The translations under genes and the position numbers were made by a program. The notes below the pieces were generated by a model. It was not told the DNA's origin, did not search any database, and was given only the letters and a program-made list of their open reading frames with translations. Positions 13,931-39,280 of a stretch of 64,000 nucleotides of DNA are shown in pieces. How positions within the stretch are numbered: position 1 is the first letter of the stretch; each line of letters begins with the position of its first letter. Origin of the DNA: Chrysomallon squamiferum (lineage: Eukaryota > Animalia > Mollusca); contig CM022675.1 of assembly GCA_012295275.1 (NCBI GenBank), forward strand, positions 4,898,001-4,962,000, read 5' to 3'.

Positions 13931-16900
13931 CATTGACACAACCCTACATATAATGATAGATACAGATGCAGATTGATACACACCTACATATAATGATAGA
14001 TACAGATATAGATTGATACACACTTACATATAATGATAGATACAGATGTAGATTGATACACACCTACATATAATGATAGATACAGATGTAGATTGATACA
14101 CACTTACATATAATGATAGATACAGATGTAGATTGATGCACACTTACATATAATGATAGATGGAGATGTAGATTGATACACACTTACACATAATGATAGA
14201 TACAGATGTAGATTGATACACACATAATGATAGATGGAGATATAGATTGATACACACTTACATATAATGATAGATACAGATGTAGATTGATACACACTTA
14301 CATATAATGATAGATACAGATATAGATTGATACACACTTACATATAATGATAGATACAGATATACATTGATATACACTTACATATAATGATAGATACAGA
14401 TGTAGATTGATGCACACTTACATATAATGATAGATACAGATGTAGATTGATACACACTTACATATAATGATAGATACAGATGTAGATTGATACACACTTA
14501 CATATAATGATAATATAAATGATAGATACAGATGTAGATTGAGATATAGATATATAGATGATACACACTTACATATAATGATAGATACAGATGTAGATTG
14601 ATACACAGTTACATATAATGATAATACAGATAGATGCAGATGTAGATTGATACACTTACATATAATGATAGATACAGATGTAGATTGATACACACATATA
14701 ATGATAGATGGAGATGTAGATTGATATACACTTACATATAATGATAGATACAGATGTAGATTGATACACACTTACATATAATGATAGATACAGATGTAGA
14801 TTGATACACACTTACATATAATGATAGATAGAGATGTAGATTGATACACACTTACATATAATGATAGATACAGATGTAGATTGATACACACTTACATATA
14901 ATGATAGATACAGATGCAGATTGATACAACCCTACATATAATGATAGATACAGATATACATTGATACACACTTACATATAATGATAGATACAGATATACA
15001 TTGATACACACTTACATATACTGATAGATACAGATGCAGATTGATACACACCTACATATAATGATATATACAGATTGATACACACTTACATTTCATGATA
15101 GATACAGATATAGATTGATGCACACATACATATAATGATAGATACAGATATAGATTGATACACACTTACACATAATGATAGATGCAGATATAGATTGATA
15201 CACACTTACATATAATGATAGATACAGATATAGATTGATACACACTTACATATAATGATAGATACAGATGTAGATTGATACACACTTACATATAATGATA
15301 GATACAGATGTAGATTGATACACAGTTACACATAATGATAGATGCAGATGTATATTGATAAACACTTACATATAATGATAGATAAAGAACTAGATTGATA
15401 CACACATATAATGATATATGGAGATGTAGATTGATATACACTTACATATAATGATAGATACAGATGCAGATTGATACACACCTACATATAATGATAGATA
15501 CAGATGTAGATTGATACACACCTACATATAATGATAGATACAAATGTAGATTGATACACACTTACATATAATGATAGATACAGATGTAGATTGATGCACT
15601 TACATTTCATGATAGATACAGATATAGATTGATGCACACTTACTCATAATGATAGATACAGTTGTAGATTGATACACACCTACATATAATGATAGATACA
15701 GATATAGATTGATGCACATGATAGATACAGATGTAGATTGATATACACTTACATATAATGATAGATACAGATATAGATTGATGCACATGATAGATACAGA
15801 TGTAGATTGATATACACTTACATATAATGATAGATATAGATGTAGATTGATACACACTTACATATAATGATAGATATAGATGTAGATTGATGCACATAGA
15901 TACATGATAGATACAGATGTAGATAGATATACAATATATATAATGATAGATACAGATATAGATTGATGCACATGATAGATACAGATGTAGATTGATACAC
16001 ACTTACATATAATGATAGATAGTGATTTAGATTAATACACACTTACATATAATGATAGATACAGATATAGATTGATGCACACTTACATATAATGATAGAT
16101 ACAGATTTAGATTGATGCACACTTACATATAATGATATATACAGATTTAGATTGATGCAGACAGATGATAGATTACATATAATGATAGATACAGATGTAG
16201 ATTGATACACACTTACATATAATGATAGATACAGATATAGATTGATGCACCTGATAGATACAGATGTAGATTGATACACACTTACATATAATGATAGATA
16301 GTGATTTAGATTAATACACACTTACATATAATGATAGATAGAGATTTAGATTGATGCACACTTACATATAATGATAATAGAGATGTATAAAGATAGATAC
16401 AGATGTAGATTGATGCACACTTACACATACTGATAGATGCAGATATAGATTAATACACACTTACATATAATGATAATAGAGATAAATAAAGATAGATACA
16501 GATGCAGATTGATGCACATGATAGATACAGATGTAGATTGATATATTGATATACACTTACATATAATGATAGATGCAGATGTAGATTGATGCACACTTAC
16601 ATATAATGATAGATGCAGATGTAGATTGATGCACACTTACATATAATGATAGATAGAGATTTAGATTGATGCACACTTACATATAATGATAGATATAGAT
16701 GTAGATTGATACACACATACATATAATGATAGATATAGATATAGATTGATGCAGATGATAGATATAGATGTAGATTGATACACATTAACATATAATGATA
16801 GATACAGATATAGATTGATGCACATGATAGATACAGATGTAGATTGATATACACTTACATATAATGATAGATATAGATATAGATTGATACACACTTACAT

Positions 16901-19900
16901 ATAATGATAGATATAGATGTAGATTGATACAAAGTTACATATAATGATAGATATAGATATAGATTGATGCAGATGATAGATATAGATGTAGATTGATACA
17001 CACTTACATATAATGATAGATACAGATATAGATTGATGCACCTGATAGATACAGATGTAGATTGATACACACTTACATATAATGATAGATAGTGATTTAG
17101 ATTAATACACACTTACATATAATGATAGATAGTGATTTAGATTAATACACACTTACATATAATGATAGATAGAGATTTAGATTGATGCACACTTACATAT
17201 AATGATAGATAGAGATTTAGATTGATGCACACTTACATATAATGATAATAGAGATGTATAAAGATAGATACAGATGCAGATTGATGCACACTTACATATA
17301 ATGATAATAGAAATAGATTTAGATTGATGCACACTTATATATAATGATAATAGAGATGTATAAAGATAGATACAGATGCAGATTGATGCACACTTACATA
17401 TAATGATAGATAGAGATTTAGATTGATGCACACTTACATATAATGATAGATATAGATGTAGATTGGTACACACATACATATAATGATAGATATAGATATA
17501 GATTGATGCAGATGATAGATATAGATGTAGATTGATACACATTAACATATAATGATAGATACAGATATAGATTGATGCACATGATAGATACAGATGTAGA
17601 TTGATATACACTTACATATAATGATAGATATAGATATAGATTGATACACACTTACATATAATGATAGATATAGATGTAGATTGATACAAAGTTACATATA
17701 ATGATAGATATAGATATAGATTGATGCAGATGATAGATATAGATGTAGATTGATAGACACTTACATATAATGATAGATACAGATATAGATTGATGCACAT
17801 GATAGATACAGATGTAGATTGATACACACTTACATATAATGATAGATAGTGATTTAGATTAATACACACTTACATATAATGATAGATAGAGATTTAGATT
17901 GATGCACACTTACATATAATGATAGATACAGATTTAGATTGATGCACACTTACATATAATGATAGATACAGATTTAGATTGATGCACACTTACATATAAT
18001 GATAGATACAGATTTAGATTGATGCACACTTACATATAATGATAGATAGAGATTTAGATTGATGCACACTTACATATAATGATAATAGAGATGTATAAAG
18101 ATAGATACAGATGCAGATTGATGCACACTTACATATAATGATAATAGAGATGTATAAAGATAGATACAGATACAGATTGATGCACACTTACATATAATGA
18201 AAATACAAATATATAAAGATAGATACAGATGCAGATTGATGCACACTTACATATAATGATAGATAGAGATTTAGATTGATGCACACTTACATATAATGAT
18301 AATAGAGATGTATAAAGATAGATACAGATGTAGATTGATGCACACTTACACATACTGATAGATGCAGATATAGATTAATACACACTTACATATAATGATA
18401 ATAGAGATAAATAAAGATAGATACAGATGCAGATTGATGCACATGATAGATACAGATGTAGATTGTAGATTGATGCACACTTACATATAATGATAGATGC
18501 AGATGTAGATTGATGCACACTTACATATAATGATAGATAGAGATTTAGATTGATGCACACTTACATATAATGATAGATATAGATGTAGATTGATACACAC
18601 ATACATATAATGATAGATATAGATATAGATTGATGCAGATGATAGATATAGATGTAGATTGATACACATTTACATATAATGATAACAGATATAGATAGAT
18701 ACAGATACAGATATAGATTGATGCACATGATAGATACAGATGTAGATTGATATACACTTACATATAATGATAGATATAGATATAGATTGATACACACTTA
18801 CATATAATGATAGATATAGATGTAGATTGATACACACTTACATATAATGATAGATATAGATATAGATTGATGCAGATGATAGATATAGATGTAGATTGAA
18901 ACACACTTACATATAATGATAGATATAGATATAGATTGATACACACTTACATATAATGATAGATATAGATGTAGATTGATACACACTTACATATAATGAT
19001 AGATACAGATATAGATTGATGCACATGATAGATATAGATGTAGATTGATACACATTAACATATAATGATAGATACAGATATAGATTGATGCACATGATAG
19101 ATACAGATGTAGATTGATACACACTTACATATAATGATAGATATAGATATAGATTGATACACACTTACATATAATGATAGATATAGATGTAGATTGATAC
19201 AAACTTACATATAATGATAGATATAGATATAGATTGATGCAGATGATAGATATAGATGTAGATTGATACACACATACATATAATGATAGATACAGATATA
19301 GATTGATGCAGATGATAGATATAGATGTAGATTGATACACATTAACATATAATGATAGATACAGATATAGATTGATGCACATGATAGATACAGATGTAGA
19401 TTGATATACATTAACATATAATGATAGATACAGATATAGATTGATGCACATGATAGATACAGATGTAGATTGATATACACTTACATATAATGATAGATAT
19501 AGATATAGATTGATACACACTTACATATAAATAGATAGATATAGATGTAGATTGATACACAGTTACATATAATGATAGATATAGATATAGATTGATGCAG
19601 ATGATAGATACAGATGTAGATTGATACACACTTACATATAATGATAGATACAGATTTAGATTGATACACACTTACATATAATGATAGATAGAGATTTAGA
19701 TTAATACACACTTACATATAATGATAGATAGAGATTTAGATTGATGCACACTTACATATAATGATAGATACAGATTTAGATTGATGCACACTTACATATA
19801 ATGATAGATAGAGATTTAGATTGATGCACACTTACATATAATGATAGATAGAGATTTAGATTGATGCACACTTACATATAATGATAATAGAGATGTTTAA

Positions 19901-22900
19901 AGATAGATACAGATGCAGATTGATGCACACTTACATATAATGATAATAGAGATGTATAAAGATAGATACAGATGCAGATTGATGCACACTTACATATAAT
20001 GATAATAGAGATGTATAAAGATAGATACAGATGCAGATTGATGCACACTTACATATAATGAAAATAGAAATATGTAAAGATAGATATAGATGTAGATTGA
20101 TACACACTTACATATAATGATAGATACAGATATAGATTGATGCACCTGATAGATACAGATGTAGATTGATACACACTTACATATAATGATAGATAGTGAT
20201 TTAGATTAATACACACTTACATATAATGATAGATAGAGATTTAGATTGATGCACACTTACATATAATGATAGATACAGATTTAGATTGATGCACACTTAC
20301 ATATAATGATAGATACAGATTTAGATTGATGCACACTTACATATAATGATAGATAGAGATTTAGATTGATGCACACTTACATATAATGATAATAGAGATG
20401 TATAAAGATAGATACAGATGCAGATTGATGCACACTTACATATAATGATAATAGAGATGTATAAAGATAGATACAGATGCAGATTGATGCACACTTACAT
20501 ATAATGATAATAGAGATGTATAAAGATAGATACAGATGCAGATTGATGCACACTTACATATAATGAAAATAGAAATATGTAAAGATAGATATAGATGTAG
20601 ATTGATACACACTTACATATAATGATAGATACAGATATAGATTGATGCACTGATCTCTCTAGATATAGATAGATAGATTAGATTGATACACACTTACATA
20701 TAATGATAGATAGTGATTTAGATTAATACACACTTACATATAATGATAGATAAGGATTTAGATTGATGCACACTTACATATAATGATAGATACAGATATA
20801 GATTGATGCACACTTACATAAAATGATAGATATAGATATAGATTGATACACATATACATATAATGATAGATATAGATATAGATTGATGCAGATGATAGAT
20901 ACAGATGTAGATAGATACAGATGTAGATTGATACACACTTACATATAATGATAGATACAGATATAGATTGATGCACACACTTAGATATAAAGATACAGAT
21001 AGATATAGATGTAGATTGATACACACTTACATATAATGATAGATACAGATATAGATTGATGCACATGATAGATACAGATGTAGATTGATACACACTTACA
21101 TATAATGATAGATATAGATATAGATTGATACACACTTACATATAAAATAGATATAAAGATAGATAGATTTAGATTGATGCACACTTACATATAATGATAG
21201 ATATAGATAGTGATGATAGATATAGATGTAGATTGACACACATGATAGATATAGATGATAGATAGATACACTTACATATAGATTTAGATTGATGATACAG
21301 ATTACATATAATGATAGATAGAGATTTAGATTGATGCACACTTACATATAATGATAGATAGAGATTTAGATTGATGCACACTTACATATAATGATAGATA
21401 GAGATTTAGATTGATGCACACTTACATATAATGATAGATAGAGATTTAGATTGATGAACACTTACATATAATGATAGATAGAGATTTAGATTGATGCACA
21501 CTTACATATAATGATAATAGAGATGTATAAAGATAGATACAGATGCAGATTGATGCACACTTACATATAATGATAATAGAGATATATAAAGATAGATACA
21601 GATGCAGATTGATGCACACTTACATATAATGATAGATAGAGATGATATAAAGATAGATACAGATGCAGATTGATACACACTTACATATAATGATAGATAC
21701 AGAGATGTACACTTACATATAATGATTGATACACACTTAGATATAATGATAGATATAGATTAGATTGATAAACACATACATATAATGAAGATAGATATAT
21801 GTAAAGATAGATATAGATGTAGATTGATACACACTTACATATAATGATAGATACAGATATAGATTGATGTAGACCTGATAGATGATAGATACAGATAGAT
21901 TGATACACACTTACATATAATGATAGATACAGATATAGATTGATACACACTTACATATGATAGATACAGATGTAGATTGATATATACATAGATAGATACA
22001 TATAATGATAGATAGATAGATTTAGATTAGATTGATACACTTACATATAATGATAGATAGAGATTTAGATTGATGCACATACATATAATGATAGATAGTG
22101 ATTTAGATTAATACACACTTACATATAATGATAGATAGAGATTTAGATTGATGCACACTTACATATAATGATAGATACAGATTTAGATTGATGCACACTT
22201 ACATATAATGATAGATAGAGATTTAGATTGATGCACACTTACATATAATGATAATAGAGATGTATAAAGATAGATACAGATGTAGATTGATGCACACTTA
22301 CACATACTGATAGATGCAGATATAGATTAATACACACTTACATATAATGATAATAGAGATAAATAAAGATAGATACAGATGCAGATTGATGCACATGATA
22401 GATACAGATGTAGATTGATATACACTTACATATAATGATAGATGCAGATGTAGATTGATGCACACTTACATATAATGATAGATAGAGATTTAGATTGATG
22501 CACACTTACATATAATGATAGATATAGATGTAGATTGATACACACATACATATAATGATAGATATAGATATAGATTGATGCAGATGATAGATATAGATGT
22601 AGATTGAAACACACTTAACATATAATGATAGATTGAAACACACTTACATATAAGGATAGATATGGATATAGATTGATGCACATGATAGATACAGATGTAG
22701 ATTGATATACACTTACATATAATGATAGAGATAGATATAGATTGATACACACTTACATATAATGATAGATATAGATGTAGATTGATACATACTTACATAT
22801 AATAATAGATATAGATATAGATTGATAGACTTACATATAATAATAGATATAGATATAGATTGATGCAGATGATAGATATAGATGTAGATTGATACACACT

Positions 22901-25277
22901 TACATATAATGATAGATACAGATATAGATTGATACACACTTACATATAGATATAGATGTAGATTGATACACACTTACATATAATGATAGATACAGATATA
23001 GATTGATACACAGATTGATAGATAGATGATATGATAGATATAGATGTAGATTGATACATATACATATAATAATGATAGATATAGATATAGATTGATGCAG
23101 ATGAAAGACATAGATGTAGATTGATACACACTTACATATAATGATAGATACAGATATAGATTGATGCACATGATAGATATAGATGTAGATTGATACACAT
23201 TAACATATAATGATAGATACAGATATAGATTGATGCACATGATAGATACAGATGTAGATTGATATACACTTACATATAATGATAGATATAGATATAGATT
23301 GATACACGCTTAGATATAAAATACAGATATAGATGTAGATTGATACACACTTACATATAATGATAGATACAGATATAGATTGATGCACATGATAGATACA
23401 GATGTAGATTGATACACACTTACATATAATGATAGATAGAGATTTAGATTGATGCACACTTACATATAATGATAGATAGAGATTTAGATTGATGCACACT
23501 TACATATAATGATAGATAGAGATTTAGATTGATGCACACTTACATATAATGATAATAGAGATGTATAAAGATAGATACAGATGCAGATTGATGCACACTT
23601 ACATATAATGATAATAGAGATGTATAAAGATAGATACAGATGCAGATTGATGCACACTTACATATAATGATAATAGAGATGTATAAAGATAGATACAGAT
23701 GCAGATTGATTGTGCACACTTACATATAATGAAAATAGAAATATTGGTAAAGATAGATATAGATGTAGATTGATACACACTTACATATAATGATAGATAC
23801 AGATGTAGAGATACATATAATGATAGATAGATACAGATGTAGATTGATGCACACTTACATATAATGATAGATACAGATGTAGATTGATATTGATACATAT
23901 AATGATAGATATAATAGATAGTAGATTGATGCACATATAATGATAGATACAGATTTAGATTGATACACAGTTACATATAATGATAGATACAGATGTAGAT
24001 TGATACACACTTACATATAATGATAGATACAGATTTAGATTGATGCACACTTACATATAATGATAGATAGATAGACAGATATAGATATAGATGATAGATA
24101 CATATATGATGCACAGATACATATAATGAGATACAGATATAGATTGATGCAATGATAGATACAGATGTAGATTGATACACATTACATATAATGATAGATA
24201 CAGATATAGATTGAACATATACATATAATGATAGATACAGATGTAGATTGACACATATAATATAGATATAGATATAGATTGATATAGATTACATATAATG
24301 ATAGATACAGATATAGATTGATGCACACTTACATATAATGATAGATAGAGATTTAGATTGATGCACACTTACATATAATGATAGATATAGATATAGATTG
24401 ATGCACACTTACATATAATGATAGATATAGATGTAGATTGATACACACTTACATATAATGATAGATACAGATATAGATTGATGCAGATGATAGATACAGA
24501 TGTAGATTGATACACACTTACATATAATGATAGATAGTGATTTAGATTAATACACACTTACATATAATGATAGATAGAGATTTAGATTGATGCACACTTA
24601 CATATAATGATAGATACAGATTTAGATTGATGCACACTTACATATAATGATAGATAGAGATTTAGATTGATGCACACTTACATATAATGATAATAGAGAT
24701 GTATAAAGATAGATACAGATGCAGATTGATGCACACTTACATATAATGATAATAGAGATGTATAAAGATAGATACAGATGCAGATTGATGCACACTTACA
24801 TATAATGATAATAGAGATGTATAAAGATAGATACAGATGCAGATTGATGCACACTTACATATAATGAAAATAGAAATATATAAAGATAGATACAGATGCA
24901 GATTGATGCACACTTACATATAATGATAATAGAAATATATAAAGATAGATACAGATGTAGATTGATGCACACTTACATATAATGATAGATGCAGATATAG
25001 ATTAATACACACTTACATATAATGATAATAGAGATAAATAAAGATAGATACAGATGCAGATTGATGCACATGATAGATACAGATGTAGATTGATACACAC
25101 TTACATATAATGATAGATACAGATGTAGATTGATGCACACTTACATATAATGATAGATAGAGATTTAGATTGATGCACACTTACATATAATGATAGATAC
25201 AGATTTAGATTGATGCACACTTACATATAATGATAGATAGAGATTTAGATTGATGCACACTTACATATAATGATAGA
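13930..25277 (+). repeat. Homogeneous 40-bp satellite of about 11.3 kb with 29-bp and 57-bp variant monomers
   Basis: Consensus acacacttacatataatgatagatacagatgtagattgat repeated up to the gap. Variants: gcacatgatagatacagatgtagattgat, and a monomer with an aatagagatgtataaag-type insert. Confidence 0.97.
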
Positions 25278-25477
25278 NNNNNNNNNNNNNNNNNNNNNNN
25301 NNNNNNNNNNNNNNNNNNNNNNNNNNNNNNNNNNNNNNNNNNNNNNNNNNNNNNNNNNNNNNNNNNNNNNNNNNNNNNNNNNNNNNNNNNNNNNNNNNNN
25401 NNNNNNNNNNNNNNNNNNNNNNNNNNNNNNNNNNNNNNNNNNNNNNNNNNNNNNNNNNNNNNNNNNNNNNNNNNNNN
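25278..25477. other. Assembly gap (200 N)
   Basis: Run of 200 N. Confidence 1.
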
Positions 25478-26624
25478 TTCAGTTAATTGCTTTTTATAAT
25501 TATTATTAACATTAATATATGGGCAAATTTTCTCTATTTCAAATTGTAGGGAATTTTCTTAATTCTTATAAGTGGATATCAGTAATAATTACAATAATCA
25601 TAGTAGTAGTATAGTAGTAGTAGTAGTAGTAGTAGTAGTATTAATGGGGTGGAATGCAAGCTTCCCATTGTACCGTGGACTTTTGTAAATATTGATTTTT
25701 ATTTGATTATTAACAAAGGTTGGGCCCCACTATTAATACAATTACTTTGATATTTACAAAACAGAATTAGGCAATATCGACGTGCTCGCTAAATTTTGGA
25801 TTTTAGTTCAAATCATCACAAGAATTATTATTTTTTATTATTATTGTTATTTTTTTCACTATACGGTCTCAGTTCCACACATTTTGTGGCTGTTTGCGCG
25901 AATTCTTCATGCAGAACAAAGCCAAATACACGCAAGTCACAGATCCTGTTGATCTGAAGCGTCACCAGCACAACCAGCAGGTTATCAGCAATGTACGGAA
26001 GTAGCTATGAATTGTGGGAATGCTGCTGATTTCTTATTGTTTGATGACTGATAATGACAAAGCTGCTTGTGTTATTCCTCCTTTTTCCTTCACCCCTCCT
26101 GGGAAAATAAATAACACTTCCATATAAATGTAGCTAAGCATATATCTCACCATACACATGTTCAGATATACCCACATATATATGCAGATACACATACACA
26201 GAGGAACACACAAACATACGTGTACGTACTTACACACATACAGATATACACAGAACAGTAGTTTCCAGATCATACTTTGACCTCTCCAGTCACTAGATTA
26301 ATTAAATATTTATTATTATTATTTTAATAAGAGGAAACTAGCAGCTGTTTTAAAAACATGTTTTCCTACATCTTTTCAAAATACTTCATATAATTGTTTT
26401 TAGTTGGCGAGTTTCAGGTATCTTTACGTGAAAAATGATGAAATATCTTCATCCACTATGCATGATGCCAGTACAGTTTGAGAATGCCTTGAAATAATTT
26501 TATCTAGTTTTGGTTTTGTTTTCAGGAACCACCAGTGTTTGAAAATAAATTTCAAATATCAAAATTATTAATTAAAGTATTTTAAGTATTTTGGATCCGT
26601 CTCTTCGTAGAATGATTACTTCGT

Positions 26625-26655
<31 letters not shown>

Positions 26656-26883
26656 CAATTGTCTAAAACAGGTTAAAGAAAATTCAGAAAGAAAGTAAAT
26701 GAAATTTGAACCATCACTGAAATACTATGTAATACTTTTTAAAAGAACATTTTTATTTTCTCTGCCTTATTACTGCACTACCTGTACGCTGCAGTTGTTT
26801 TTGTAATTAAATCATGTTTTACACAGTTTGACACTAAACAAAATAATCTCCTTACACATCAGATCTGATGTCTGGATGAGTGG

Positions 26884-26928
<45 letters not shown>

Positions 26929-27521
26929 GATGTGGATGTGTGTATATATGTGTACGTGTTCTTGTATATGTGCATGCAGTATATATGTGTGTTACTGTGC
27001 ATAATTGCATATGTATGTAAACGTGTGTGTGTGCGACTGTGTGTTTATGCGTATGTAGTATATGTATGTATGTGCCTGTTTGTGTGTCTATAGGTGTTGT
27101 ATATCTGTATGTTCGTGTATGTGTGTATGTGTATTCGTTTTTCCGACGTATGTATGCGTGTGTGTTTTTGTACTTATGTACGTGTGTTCATATAATATAT
27201 ACATTTTAAAATCACAGTTTTAAATAATCATCAAAATAACAATATTTAATAAAAATCAAAACTGATATTTTGTACCTGTGGTGAACAGTCCCCCGGTAAT
27301 CCATTTTCAAGTACAAATTACCGTATTAGCCAATACGAGGTGGGGGTGTCATCACTCACCAGGTGACTCCGTGTCGCTGCATTTTAGGTACAATTTATTA
27401 AAACAATGGTGAGCAATCATCTAAAATTTACTTTGAATTCAAACAGTATACCACACATAGCAAATAACAATCCGTACTATTATTATTCTTTTATTATTAA
27501 ACTAAGTGATATATGTGTGAT

Positions 27522-27594
<73 letters not shown>

Positions 27595-28199
27595 TATAGA
27601 GAGAAAGACAGAGAGAGAGACAGTGAGAGAGACAGAGACAGTGAGAGACAGAGATAGACAGAGTGAGAGACAGAGAGAGACAGAGATAGACAGAGAGTGA
27701 GAGACAGAGATATCGCAGTATATCCGTATTAAGATTTGTGTATGTATTGTTATAAGTAAACACGTATCAATACAGCTGTATATCCATTGTTATCTGTAGG
27801 TATCTGGCGATGCGTGTAAGTATCTACGGATGTGAGTGCGTATCTCTTTTGTCTGTAGGCAACTATTACTGAATGTGTGACACAAACATTGTATGTATTT
27901 ATCTTCCAGTGCATGTTTGTTTCTCAGTTGTTTGTCAGATATAAAAGTACATTTTTCGTCTAAAGTTTTCTCTAGGTACGTATCAGTCCATATCTGTATC
28001 TGTAGTTGCATGTAGACATGCAGGAATCCACGTGTTTTTATCTATATGCCTGTTGTTATGTCTCTGTGTGTAACAAACTATACTTCTTGCTTTCTGAAAG
28101 AGTGAATCAATGTCTGGCTATAGTATATATATAGTTATCTATATCTAATTTATAAATCTCTCTATATGGTTATCCTTATATGTAGCTCTGAATCAAAAT

Positions 28200-35475
<7,276 letters not shown>

Positions 35476-36313
35476 AACAAAAGGAAAGAAAATAAAAAAT
35501 AAACTGATGACATTAATAACAGTAACAATAACAATAATAATAATAATAATAATAATAATAAGAAGAAGAATAATAAGAATAATAATAAGAATAATATGAA
35601 TAATAAAAATAATTAAAAATAATAAACAATAATGATAAACAATATATTAATAATCACCAAAACAACAATATCTGAGAAAATAATAATAAAATAATAATCT
35701 GCAATTATTTAAAATGTAGTTACCGCTAGTTCAAAACTGCCAAGATTAGTTTTAATGCTACCGTTTTTAATAATTTTACAATCCGACATTCAACACAATA
35801 TTTCTCCTATCATCTCCGGCACGGCAAACAAATCTCATTTCGAAACGATTTTCTCCATTGTGAATCCCTGAACACCAATTTGTTTTAACATAATTTGTCT
35901 AACTGCCATGAAGATACGACTACTTATTACATTAGCAGGAATCTAGATAAGATTCTCTCTAGATTAAGAACAGACTAGAGATACTAATAGTTCATTAAGA
36001 CGACAGCTGGTACGCTTAAGTAATTTACTACCCTTCTTAGATCTGCTGATTCAGTAATAAACAGACAGACAGAGAGACGAACGGAAGACAGAAGTGAACA
36101 TCAAAAGCTGATAAAATGTACCGTCTCGTTTATCTGTCTGGTTTTGTTCACTGACTGACAAATACACACAGACTGAGTCGGAAATACACTTGAAATTAGT
36201 AGTAGTATTGTTATTATTATTATTATTATTGTTTTTGGGCTACGTATTATATTTTCCCGCTTTCTGTTCCTCTCTGTCTGTACATCAGTTTCACTACACA
36301 CTCATATCTCTCT

Positions 36314-36378
<65 letters not shown>

Positions 36379-36495
36379 CACACCCACACACACACACATA
36401 TTACATTATTTAACCTTTCAACAACAAACTGGCCTAGGTTATGGGCTTTGTTCTTCCCCTTCATCTCCATTTCAATTACTTTCCATATTTTGTAG

Positions 36496-36552
36496 CACTT
36501 GCTTGTCGTAGTTGTGATTTTACTGTGGACAAAACAGTACGTATTTTTTTTC

Positions 36553-36612
<60 letters not shown>

Positions 36613-37152
36613 TAATTAATAACTGAATAATATGATGAAATATTCAACCGAAATAGAAGCATGTTCATATGTATGTACATATTATGTAGGCATGTGCTTT
36701 GTACATACATGTAGTATATAATTGTTTTGTGTGTGTTTGTGTGTGTGTATTTTAGAACCAGTCGACTTTGTTTTGAATTTAAACCAGAAAATGAAGAAAA
36801 CCACAGCGTTTATCACAACGTGCCTCATGTTGGTACCAACGTGGAACACAGAAATGTTAAAGCACTTCCCTATAACAGATCTACTGCTGACAACAACGAT
36901 GGAGACTACGCCACAGCGGATATCAAAACTGCAACTACAACGTCTGAAGTGTACAGCACAACAAATACAACGACTCCTAAATCTAACATCAACAGCAACC
37001 TTACTGGAGACGACGACAGTGACTACAATACATATGATAAGGAAAACGTAACAACTACGTCTCATGTCTACAGCCAGCTTCGTCTCGACAATGATGGCAA
37101 CTTCGACAGCACAAGCAAACAAGACAACTACATGAAGACTACGACACCATGA
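36496..37152 (+). pseudogene. Paralog fragment B': truncated TM exon plus internally deleted but open tail exon
   Basis: 36496-36536 reads HLLVVVVILLWTK then GT (compare VVVVVWTKR in C). 36756-37152 after TTTAG reads TSRLCFEFKPENEENHSVYHNV...HVYSQL...DNYMKTTTP*. No ectodomain exons recognised upstream. Confidence 0.7.
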
Positions 37153-37447
37153 AGAGACAACCTCCAACAACAACAACAACATCAGAACTGTATTATTTTT
37201 ATTTATTTATTTATTTATTAACACCTTTTTTCTTCTTTTCTTTTTTTTTCGATCATATACTAAATATTTCATTTTCCACACGTCATTTTCACTTCGATTT
37301 TTCAAGCTAACAAAATCAGTCAGATACAACAGAGGACTTAATACACGTTATGTCATTACATTAATTTTTGTTATTTAAATACACAAAACAGCAGTGATTT
37401 TATGTGACCAAGAATTTGATATAAGGCATTTCCCAGGAGAAATATCT

Positions 37448-38723
<1,276 letters not shown>

Positions 38724-39139
38724 CATTTGTTTTTATAAAATGTGTTACAAGAAATATGCAAAAATTCCTCAGAATTTCAGAAAATATTTCTAATGTTTGA
38801 TTCACTCAGGAAAAAGATAATGCCATGCCCGCAGATAGATCATCCTCTTATTGCAATGGATGATAAAATTTCAACATGGCGGCTAGATGATGACAGTCTG
38901 GTGCGAGCACCTGAACACAATCATCATGATTGATATTAAAAATATAAAATAAGAGAAATCTAGCGATAAATTGTGTTTATTAATAAACATATTTTTTATC
39001 CTTTTTATTTTTATTTTTTTAAAGTTATATTTTCTTAAAGTATGTAAATGCATGTTGATAAATGAACCACCAATTGCAAAATTAGTTCTCAGAACAAAGA
39101 AGAAAAATAAAATTAACAATAACTGTAACAATTTATTTA

Positions 39140-39280
<141 letters not shown>

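Noticed and set aside
13566-24557. Dozens of minus-strand ORFs (MCINLYLYLSLYVSVYQST...)
   Set aside because: Translations of the 40-bp satellite; the period is not a multiple of 3 and stops recur regularly.
13930-25277. CRISPR-like array
   Set aside because: Head-to-tail monomers with no unique spacers, no cas genes, eukaryotic context.
25880-26030. Short ORF MQNKAKYTQVTDPVDLKRHQHNQQVISNVRK in the unique spacer
   Set aside because: 31 codons, no recognisable motif or splice partner.
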